Assembly (NCBI GenBank): GCA_964394085.1
Contig: CAYMWF010000026.1
Coordinates: 2,696 to 66,695, forward strand
Length of the DNA: 64,000 nucleotides
Origin: an uncultured Gemmatimonadota bacterium
Lineage (GTDB): Bacteria > GCA-2686955 > CAYMWF01
Reading direction: 5' to 3'
A model generated the notes under the pieces. The model was not told where the DNA came from. It saw only the letters and a program-made list of their open reading frames with translations, and did no database searches. The position numbers and the translations under genes are program-made. Positions 56,951 through 64,000 of the stretch are shown in pieces. The number at the start of each line of letters is the position of its first letter. Within the stretch, counting starts at the first letter, position 1.

Positions 56951-58051
56951 ATGAATAATTTCTGGCTCGTTCCCGATGACGATTCAGGTAATCATAATAT
57001 CCTTTTAACAGCGCAAACGGGAGGACACGAAAACAGGGGGCTCTGCCTGTTTAAAATGGACTACAGCGGCAAATGCGACTATCTACTCGAAATTTCGGAT
57101 GATTTCAGGATGATCGGAGACGGATTCCCGGACGAGCACAATAACCTTTATATCGTATATTCAGCGATGCTGTACAATCATCATGCGAATGTATACTTTC
57201 TAAAACTCGACTACGACAGTGTTTCGAAAACCTGGTCCATCAGCAAAAGGGTGATCTTATTCCGGTCGGATTTTGAATCCTATGCGAACAGGGCCACCTT
57301 AGCCAAAGACTCCGCCGGTAATCTCTGGTGCGCATTCAGGAAGTATTCAACCGAAAAAGGTACGTGGAGCGTCAAGGTTTACGTAAGCCGGGACGACGGA
57401 GACAGCTGGCTGGATGACTACGCTGAATTCGGCCTGATCAACGGGTACAGCGAGAAGAACCCGCGTATCGTGGCAAAAAACGACCGGGTCGGCCTGGTTT
57501 TCAGCGATGTGGACGACAGGAGATTCAAGTACAAATTCTGGAGCCGGCTCGATACGGGTCATGCCGGAGATGAATGGACCAGCCTGGAAACCATCGTCAG
57601 GCTTCGCTCGAAAATGGAATACAGCGGCAGGCAGTACTGGCTGTCGCACTGGAGCCTCGCAGCGGATGACACCGATAATCTGCACCTTGCTTATGAAGAC
57701 AGGTCGGGTGTCTATTACGTGATGTACGACGGTAAAAAATGGCTGAAACCCGTGGAACTCGACCGGCGGGGCGCATACCCTTCCGTATCGGTTTCTTCCG
57801 GAGGTGAAGTCTTCGTAGTCTATAAAAGTGCGGACAACATCAAAATCCAGGCGTGCGGCTCCCCGGGGAAAGACTTTGCAACTATTGTTCTGCAGGATGC
57901 GCCGGCCGGTAAAAAACGAACTGTCGTCCCGTGCAATATCGATAGATTCCTGCCGATTCTATATGAGACCGACCATATGCCCTTCAAACCGGATGAACCG
58001 CGGTACGAGCTGTTCTACAGCCTCATGGAATTCGGGAGCCCACACTGCTGA
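56951..58051 (+). CDS. BNR/Asp-box beta-propeller protein (sialidase-like, cytoplasmic or unexported)
   Basis: The Asp-box is SRDDGDSW, with repeated blade-like segments. No signal peptide. Start chosen at M27 of ORF 56873..58051. Confidence 0.55.
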   Translation: MNNFWLVPDDDSGNHNILLTAQTGGHENRGLCLFKMDYSGKCDYLLEISDDFRMIGDGFPDEHNNLYIVYSAMLYNHHANVYFLKLDYDSVSKTWSISKRVILFRSDFESYANRATLAKDSAGNLWCAFRKYSTEKGTWSVKVYVSRDDGDSWLDDYAEFGLINGYSEKNPRIVAKNDRVGLVFSDVDDRRFKYKFWSRLDTGHAGDEWTSLETIVRLRSKMEYSGRQYWLSHWSLAADDTDNLHLAYEDRSGVYYVMYDGKKWLKPVELDRRGAYPSVSVSSGGEVFVVYKSADNIKIQACGSPGKDFATIVLQDAPAGKKRTVVPCNIDRFLPILYETDHMPFKPDEPRYELFYSLMEFGSPHC

Positions 58052-58143
58052 TATCGGTTATTCTAAGTCTCGCCCTGGCCGCACTTTACCTGCCCTCTGC
58101 GACGGTATCGGCGGAAAATCTCTATCGTATCCCGCCGGATGAG

Positions 58144-60504
58144 ATGGTTGAAATAGTCGATGCCCCAAAAATCCCGTGGGTAAGCGTGAATCCGCCGGGC
58201 GAATGGCTTCTGCTGATGGAAAGAGCCGGACTTCCACCCATCGCAGAGCTCGCGGAGCGTGAACTCGGCCTCGCAGGCATAAGGATAAAACCCCGAAATG
58301 ACGGCCCGAGCAGAGCATATTACGCAAAGGGGCTCGAATTCCTGAAAATCGGAGAACCAACCCGCCGCAGGGTAGAAGGTCTTCCTGAAGACGCGAGAAT
58401 CAGCCGCGTCAGGTGGTCTCCGGACGGTTCCCGAATCGCGTTTACCGTGACAGTGGAGGACGGCATCGAGTTGTGGACCGCCGGGGTGGAAAACGGAGTC
58501 GCGAGCAGGCTGACCCCTGGAATAATCAGCCTGGCCGCGGACGAAGCTCCCCGCTGGTTTCCCGACAGCCGCACTCTGTTATGCTGCCTCGTTTCTTTCG
58601 ACAGGGGAACGGAACCCGCCGCCCCCCTCGTTCCCGCCGGACCGGTCATCCGTGAGAACCTGGGGAAAGTCGCCCCGGCTCGTACTTACCGCAATCTCCT
58701 GTCCGATCCTCATGACGAGGCTCTGTTCGATTATTATTTCACGACCCGGCTGGCGAGCGTTACCCTCGACGGCACCATAACTTCCATCGGGCCGGCCCGT
58801 ATCGTATGGTTTTTCGACCCCTCCCCGAACGGGGAATATATCCTGGTAGAGAGTCTTCATCGTCCATATTCTTACCTGGTAACCGCTTCCCGTTTTCCAC
58901 GACGCGTCGAGATATGGGATAGAGAAGGCCGGCTCATTCGTATCATCGCCGATCTGCCGCTCCAGGAAGAAATCCCCATAGCGAGGAGCAGCGTCGCGGA
59001 AGGTCCCAGGTCGGTCGGATGGCGGGAAGACGCCGCGGCTTCGCTCTTCTGGGTCGAAGCTCTCGACGGGGGAGATTCCCGCGTCGAAGCGGCGAAACGT
59101 GACCGCCTGCTGCTGCTGCCGGCGCCTTTTCACGATGAACCCGTGATACTGACCGAAACGGAACTCCGTTACGGCGGCATCCGGTGGGGTTCCGACAGCC
59201 TCGCTCTCGTCTCGGAGTGGTGGTGGGAAACCCGCAAATACCGCACCTGGATACTGCAGCCGGGGAAACCGGAAATCGAACCCGCAATCCTCTTCGATCG
59301 ATCATGGGAAGACAGGTATTCCGACCCCGGCGATCCGATCACCAGGACCGATGACAGGGGACGCAGCCTGATTCTGACCGCCCGGGGAGGTTCTACGATC
59401 TTCCTGACCGGTGACGGAGCTTCACCGGAAGGGGATCGTCCGTTTCTGGACGCGATGGATCTTAAAACCGGGGAATCACGTCGCCTTTTCCGCTCCGAAG
59501 CCCCCTTTTTCGAACGACCCGTCAGGATTCTGGACGAGCAGGGCCACATCCTTCTCACCCGGAGGGAGTCGATTGAAGAACCGCCGAATTACTTCGTCCG
59601 GGATGCTGAATCAGATACTTTGCACCGGATCACGAATTTCCCTCATCCCGCCCCGCAGGTTGCGGGCATCAGCAAGGAGATCATCCGCTATAAAAGGGAT
59701 GACGGCGTTTCTCTCACCGCCACCCTCTATCTTCCGGCAGGCTATAATCGTAACGATGGTCCCCTGCCGCTCCTGATGTGGGCGTATCCAAGGGAATTCA
59801 AAGACGCCTCCGCCGCAGGACAGGTCACCGATTCCCCTTACCGGTTCAATTACATCTACTGGTGGTCGCCGATCGTGTGGCCCGGCCGGGGTTATGCGGT
59901 GCTGGACGATCCAGCCATGCCCATAGTCGGCGAAGGAGATTCAAAACCGAACGATACCTACGTCCGGCAGCTCGTAAGCAGCGCTTCCGCGGCGGTCGAC
60001 GAGGTTGTCCGGCGGGGAGTCGCAGAGAGAGGGAGGATCGCCATCGGCGGGCACTCTTACGGCGCGTTCATGGCCGCCAACCTCCTCGCTCATTCGGACC
60101 TGTTCGCGGCCGGGATCGCCCGGACCGGCGCTTATAACCGTACCCTCACGCCTTTCGGTTTCCAGTCGGAAGACAGGACGCTCTGGGAAGCGCCCCACAC
60201 TTATTTCGAGATGTCTCCTTTCATGCAGGCGGACAAGGTGAACGAACCGCTTCTTCTCATTCACGGCGCGGCGGACGACAACTCGGCCACTTTTCCGATG
60301 CAGAGCGAGCGTTTCTACAATGCTCTCAAGGGTCTTGGCGCCACGGCGCGGCTCGTCATGCTCCCGCACGAAAGCCACAGCTACCGGGCAAGGGAGTCGA
60401 TACTTCATGTTTTGTATGAAAGCAACCGCTGGCTCGAAAAATACCTGAAAAATACCGGAGACCTCATCCCGGCAGCCCCGGACGGAAAAAACTCCGGAGA
60501 CTGA
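58144..60504 (+). CDS. S9-family serine peptidase (prolyl oligopeptidase / dipeptidyl-peptidase type) with N-terminal beta-propeller
   Basis: Propeller motif VRWSPDGSRIAF. The catalytic triad context reads IAIGGHSYGAF (Ser), IHGAADDN (Asp) and PHESHS (His). Confidence 0.8.
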   Translation: MVEIVDAPKIPWVSVNPPGEWLLLMERAGLPPIAELAERELGLAGIRIKPRNDGPSRAYYAKGLEFLKIGEPTRRRVEGLPEDARISRVRWSPDGSRIAFTVTVEDGIELWTAGVENGVASRLTPGIISLAADEAPRWFPDSRTLLCCLVSFDRGTEPAAPLVPAGPVIRENLGKVAPARTYRNLLSDPHDEALFDYYFTTRLASVTLDGTITSIGPARIVWFFDPSPNGEYILVESLHRPYSYLVTASRFPRRVEIWDREGRLIRIIADLPLQEEIPIARSSVAEGPRSVGWREDAAASLFWVEALDGGDSRVEAAKRDRLLLLPAPFHDEPVILTETELRYGGIRWGSDSLALVSEWWWETRKYRTWILQPGKPEIEPAILFDRSWEDRYSDPGDPITRTDDRGRSLILTARGGSTIFLTGDGASPEGDRPFLDAMDLKTGESRRLFRSEAPFFERPVRILDEQGHILLTRRESIEEPPNYFVRDAESDTLHRITNFPHPAPQVAGISKEIIRYKRDDGVSLTATLYLPAGYNRNDGPLPLLMWAYPREFKDASAAGQVTDSPYRFNYIYWWSPIVWPGRGYAVLDDPAMPIVGEGDSKPNDTYVRQLVSSASAAVDEVVRRGVAERGRIAIGGHSYGAFMAANLLAHSDLFAAGIARTGAYNRTLTPFGFQSEDRTLWEAPHTYFEMSPFMQADKVNEPLLLIHGAADDNSATFPMQSERFYNALKGLGATARLVMLPHESHSYRARESILHVLYESNRWLEKYLKNTGDLIPAAPDGKNSGD

Positions 60505-60676
60505 CCACCCTCCACCGATTCGATTCATACGCCGTTTAATAATCCCAAACGTAACGGGTCTCCACCCTGTCTCGACGCAACATACCGTCGGCACCCTGTT
60601 GACTTTACTCACCCACGTTCTCTGCCGGACGAGAGCCGGCCTGCCGCTCCGGGAACGTTTCTGTCTACTATTCGGA

Positions 60677-60733
60677 ATGACGTATTCAATGGGAGGAATT
60701 TCCCTTTCACTCAACAGTCGGGGGAAAACATGA
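60677..60733 (+). CDS. 18-codon ORF (MTYSMGGISLSLNSRGKT) overlapping the radical-SAM start; possible leader/precursor peptide
   Basis: ATG-60677 to TGA-60733. The stop overlaps the ATG of the rSAM gene in an ATGA arrangement. There is no convincing RBS. Speculative. Confidence 0.2.
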   Translation: MTYSMGGISLSLNSRGKT

Positions 60734-62025
60734 CTATGCCGGAAACCATGCAGCTTGATCATCGTCTCTGGGCCCGGCTGGAGAAAATTCTGACCGGACT
60801 TACGGACGCCCCTGTCGATGAATCCGAGCTTGACCAGCTTACACGCAGGATCATGAAAAGGATCGGGATTCAGGGCTCGAAAAATCTCGTTGCCGGCAGG
60901 TTCGACGAACTGGGATACCGCGCGCTGAACAGGATGCTCTTTCCGCCCGTCTCCCATGTCGAACTGATGGTTACTGAGAACTGCAATCTCGCCTGCGATT
61001 ACTGTTTCGTCCGAAAAAAGCGGGCCTGCGCGAAAATGAGCATCGGCACAGCACTGGAAGCGGTCGATTTCCTGGAATCGCATTCCTACGAAATAGACAC
61101 GGCGTCAATAACTTTCGCCGGTGGGGAACCGACTCTCGAATTGCCCCTGGTGAGAACAGTCGTCGATTATACCCGGCGTCATCCCGGGCTGTCGGGCAAA
61201 ACGATCAAGATGAGCCTGACGACCAACGGGCTGCTCCTGGGCGAGCGGAGCCTTTCATGGATGAAGGAAAATGACCTTATGGTGCTGTTGAGCCTGGATG
61301 GGACTCCGGATGTCCATAATTTTCACCGGAAAGATCAGGAAGGCAGGGGCAGCTTCGAAAGGAGCTGCCATAAAATCTCGCTGATCAAGCGGATACATGG
61401 ATCAGTAAATGTCAGGATGACCATTACCGCCGGTCAGGCGTGCAAATTGTCGAACAACATTATTTACCTTCACGGCATCGGCGCCGACAGGGTGGTGATC
61501 GGAGTTGCCTCGGAGACGGATTGGACTCCGGACTCGATCCTCCATTTCTCAAACGAGCTCGAAAAGACCGCCAGGTACGTAGAATCGCTTCGTTCCATCG
61601 GCTGCGATTTCACAGTGTCGTTTCTCCAACATGAAGGAGCGCAGACAGGCAATCCTGAAAACGAGCCGGAGAGGGGATGCCGGGCCGGTCGGTCTTCGGT
61701 CACGGTGGCGACGGACGGCGCCATCTACCCTTGTTCAAGGTTCACCGATATTGCCGGGGGAGACGATTCCTCGCCCTTCAATCTTGGAAACGTAAAAACG
61801 GGCTTCAGCGGGAACAGGAACCGCTGCATCTTCAACACCCTTGAATCAGAGCTTGAACAGGGTTGCGGCGATTGCGGGATAAAAGAGTTTTGTGCAGGGG
61901 GTTGCCCGGCGGTCAATCTCGATCTGACGGGAAACAGGACGAAATGCGTCCCACTGATCTGCGGAATCAACAAGGCGTGCGAATCGGTATTCAGGAGATA
62001 CGGTAAAATCCTGACCGGGGAATAA
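60730..62025 (+). CDS. Radical SAM / SPASM-domain enzyme (anSME-like or peptide-modifying maturase) with about 80-aa N-terminal extension
   Basis: The radical SAM cluster CNLACDYCF (Cx3Cx2C) sits at residues 85-93, later than the position typical for anSME. The SPASM segment is CRAGRSSVTVATDGAIYPCSRF...CGDCGIKEFCAGGCPAVN...C. GGGGGA RBS. Confidence 0.85.
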   Translation: MTMPETMQLDHRLWARLEKILTGLTDAPVDESELDQLTRRIMKRIGIQGSKNLVAGRFDELGYRALNRMLFPPVSHVELMVTENCNLACDYCFVRKKRACAKMSIGTALEAVDFLESHSYEIDTASITFAGGEPTLELPLVRTVVDYTRRHPGLSGKTIKMSLTTNGLLLGERSLSWMKENDLMVLLSLDGTPDVHNFHRKDQEGRGSFERSCHKISLIKRIHGSVNVRMTITAGQACKLSNNIIYLHGIGADRVVIGVASETDWTPDSILHFSNELEKTARYVESLRSIGCDFTVSFLQHEGAQTGNPENEPERGCRAGRSSVTVATDGAIYPCSRFTDIAGGDDSSPFNLGNVKTGFSGNRNRCIFNTLESELEQGCGDCGIKEFCAGGCPAVNLDLTGNRTKCVPLICGINKACESVFRRYGKILTGE

Positions 62026-62037
62026 CAGCGGGCCGGT

Positions 62038-62859
62038 TCACTCCCTGCGGTTCCTTCCGATCCATTCCACAGCGAAATCGACCAGGAGCCTTTGCGGCAT
62101 CAGGAATGCGTCAGCCTCACCTACTTTGCCCCTGACGCACGCGCTTGCCGTTCGCTCGAAATCCTCACCTATTATCTCGAAATCGGATTCATCCAGCCGA
62201 ATATCCTTTAATTCCACCCAGGTTCTTTTACCGTCGACCGTAACCGGAGCCCCATCCACATCCTCTGTACGACCCGGAAAATCCGCCCTGTACTCCGCAA
62301 GGTGAAGCGAAGTGTTTTTTTCGAAATAGACTCCGAGAAGAAGAACGGCTCCATCCAGGTCGTACAGTCTCGCCAGGGGGGAATTCTCGCCCAACCCGTA
62401 ATCGAACCCATGTCCCTCCACAAGCTCCTTCGCCGCCGGGCCCCGCGCCGCGAAAGAAGACTGGGGATGCCCGCTCCTGAGAACCCCGTCCCTCTTCCGG
62501 AAGGTTTCCGCAACTATCCCCATTTCCCTGGAAGGGGTCAAACCGCTGTCGAAAGAAGGCATTTTCTCCCTGATCGTTTCCCACCAGCTTTCCGGGACCG
62601 GAGGATTGCACCATTGCCCCGGGTCTGAATATTCACCGGTGAATACGGGCATCATCAGGGTTCCATCGGGGCCCAGCACCTTCTCGAGGGCGTGTATGAC
62701 AGCCACCGGTCCTCCGCAGACCCAGCCGAGCGAGCTGAGAGATGCATGAACCAGCAGAACCTGCCCCGGGCGGACTCCCAGGCGTCCCAGATCGGCCGCT
62801 ATCGATTCCACCGTTGCAGGTTCTTTTCCGGATTTGGAAACAACACCGTATTCGCTCAT
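62038..62859 (-). CDS. Aminoglycoside N3-acetyltransferase family protein (AAC(3)/antibiotic_NAT fold)
   Basis: The family motifs are LLVHASLSSLGWVCGGPVAVIHAL...GTLMMPVFTGE...HGFDYGLGENSPL...LLLGV...NTSLHLAE. Start at M12 of the ORF-track frame (MSEYGVV). Convergent with the rSAM gene. Confidence 0.7.
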   Translation of the reverse strand: MSEYGVVSKSGKEPATVESIAADLGRLGVRPGQVLLVHASLSSLGWVCGGPVAVIHALEKVLGPDGTLMMPVFTGEYSDPGQWCNPPVPESWWETIREKMPSFDSGLTPSREMGIVAETFRKRDGVLRSGHPQSSFAARGPAAKELVEGHGFDYGLGENSPLARLYDLDGAVLLLGVYFEKNTSLHLAEYRADFPGRTEDVDGAPVTVDGKRTWVELKDIRLDESDFEIIGEDFERTASACVRGKVGEADAFLMPQRLLVDFAVEWIGRNRRE

Positions 62860-63033
62860 TATCGATTTCCCCCTGCAACCCGAACTTCTCACCGGATATC
62901 ACCGCTGGAGATCGCGGAATATCCAGCGTTTCATGTTGCTGAAAATTATAGCCCCTGCCGCCCGGTTCTGCTAGTGTCATGTCGAGTATCAAATGACACC
63001 TCTTACTTGTCCTTTGTCGTTTCTGCTTTTAAA

Positions 63034-64000
63034 ATGGAACGATTCTCGAGAGCCGGAGAATCCCTTTTCCTCTGCTTCCGCGGACTTTTAATGCCCACTG
63101 AAAACAACAGCGAATTTCGTCGAGTGCTCGGCCCCTGGAGCGCAGGGGCCATCGTAGCCGGTTCGATGATCGGTACGGGTATCTTTCTTTTCGTTTCCGA
63201 TGTCGCTCTCTATTGCCACACTCCGGGCGCCATCCTGCTTGCATGGGCGCTCGGCGGCGTAATCGCCGGATGCGGAGCCATGAGCCTTTCGGAACTGGCC
63301 GCGACCTATCCGAAAACAGGCGGCATCTATGTTTATCTTCATCTCGCTTTCGGACCTTTGGTTTCTTTCCTTTACGCATGGGCGAAGTTCCTGATCATGC
63401 GGATCGGCAGCTTCTGTATCCCGGCCCTCTTTTTCGCGGGCCTGTTCTGCGACTTCTGGGAGCTTCCCGCAGAATCCGTGAAATTACCGGTAGCCGTAGT
63501 CGTAATCATTCTTATTACGGCGGTGAACGCGTCCGGGGTCCGCGCCGGCGGAAACCTGCAGACCTTCCTGACCGGCATCAAGATATTCAGCCTGCTCGGT
63601 ATCGCCGGAGCAGGCGCCGCTTTCGCCGCGGGCCTGCTCGCATCTCACCCGGCCGCGCATATTACACCAGTACAGGAGCCGGGAGGATTCCGGCTCGTAT
63701 CCCTTGGGATCGCCCTGGTCCCGGTCATGTGGACTTACGGCGGATGGGATGAATCCCCCTTCGTAGCCGAAGAGGTCCGAACTCCTTCCCGGACTCTGCC
63801 CCAATCGATTCTGGGCGGCCTGACGCTCGTTACCCTCCTCTTTGTTCTCGTCAACCTGGCTTACCTGGCTGTTCTTTCCCCATCCGAAATTGCCGGTTCC
63901 GAAGGAAGCACCGTCGTCTGGGTCATGGATCGCGCCGTCGGACCCGGAGCGGGCAAGCTTCTGAGCCTGGCTTTGATGATTTCAACCTTCGGGATCGCCA
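63034..64000 (+). CDS. APC-superfamily amino-acid permease (3-prime partial, runs off window)
   Basis: It is not in the ORF track because no stop lies inside the window. The frame from ATG-63034 (or ATG-63091) reads MPTENNSEFRRVLGPWSAGAIVAGSMIGTGIFLFVSDVAL...GGIYVYLHLAFGPLVSFLYAWAKFL.... The APC consensus GxxIGTGIF and multiple TM helices are present. Confidence 0.75.
   Translation, partial: MERFSRAGESLFLCFRGLLMPTENNSEFRRVLGPWSAGAIVAGSMIGTGIFLFVSDVALYCHTPGAILLAWALGGVIAGCGAMSLSELAATYPKTGGIYVYLHLAFGPLVSFLYAWAKFLIMRIGSFCIPALFFAGLFCDFWELPAESVKLPVAVVVIILITAVNASGVRAGGNLQTFLTGIKIFSLLGIAGAGAAFAAGLLASHPAAHITPVQEPGGFRLVSLGIALVPVMWTYGGWDESPFVAEEVRTPSRTLPQSILGGLTLVTLLFVLVNLAYLAVLSPSEIAGSEGSTVVWVMDRAVGPGAGKLLSLALMISTFGIA

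Noticed and set aside
59941-61083. 380-aa minus-strand ORF spanning the S9 peptidase 3-prime end and the rSAM 5-prime end
   Set aside because: It overlaps two well-supported plus-strand genes and the intergenic region. It has no motifs and is a shadow ORF.

Overview
This is a GC-rich (about 60 %) stretch of bacterial chromosome, densely coded on both strands, with the gene content of an anaerobic, polymer-degrading, probably uncultured organism. Lipoprotein signal peptides are frequent and several secreted glycoside hydrolases, BNR and beta-helix proteins are present. The main features, from left to right, are listed below.

- **Efflux operon (362-5978):** a MacAB-TolC-like set of outer-membrane factor, HlyD adaptor, ABC ATPase and two FtsX permeases. 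The first permease carries an in-frame TGA.
- **Degenerate remnants:** an AAA-ATPase N-terminal fragment (6755-6960) and a frameshifted beta-helix N-terminal fragment (10548-10815).
- **Secreted enzymes:** a GH-D alpha-galactosidase-like enzyme (7440-10022), three paralogous right-handed beta-helix genes (one decayed), a 1216-aa peptidase-C25 plus purple-acid-phosphatase fusion (12565-16215), a GH5 enzyme, and an alkaline-phosphatase-family lipoprotein.
- **Phage-shock locus:** complete pspF <-> pspA-pspB-pspC with a textbook sigma-54 promoter (20451-20466).
- **Aldehyde oxidoreductase operon:** AorABC-type tungsten aldehyde:ferredoxin oxidoreductase (ferredoxin, AOR, FAD/NAD subunit) followed by a cytosine-deaminase-family amidohydrolase.
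- **Other coding genes:** a TerC-family membrane protein; an ABC-2 exporter pair; large surface lipoproteins and beta-propeller proteins; a sulfatase; indolepyruvate:ferredoxin oxidoreductase iorAB; a GNAT; a DUF255 thioredoxin-like protein; a sulfotransferase; an S9 peptidase; an AAC(3)-family acetyltransferase; and a 3-prime-truncated APC permease.
- **Low-GC islet (46.9-49.0 kb):** a ferritin-like protein next to an orphan N-acetyl-sugar amidotransferase.
- **Non-coding structure:** a family of 18-bp perfect palindromes with a CACGTG core, including the identical TTTTGTCACGTGACAAAA at two loci 20 kb apart; two different tandem-repeat arrays (18-bp and 60-bp units) in one convergent intergenic region; and three tandem hairpin+T-run units downstream of terC.

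The best candidate for an undescribed system is 60677-62025: a radical-SAM/SPASM enzyme with an unusual roughly 80-aa N-terminal extension whose start overlaps (ATGA) the stop of an 18-codon upstream ORF, a possible peptide-maturase/precursor pair.

No rRNA, tRNA or CRISPR array was detected by eye. All coordinates for refined starts were derived by codon arithmetic from the supplied ORF track. Elements positioned directly from the sequence may be off by +/-1 nt.
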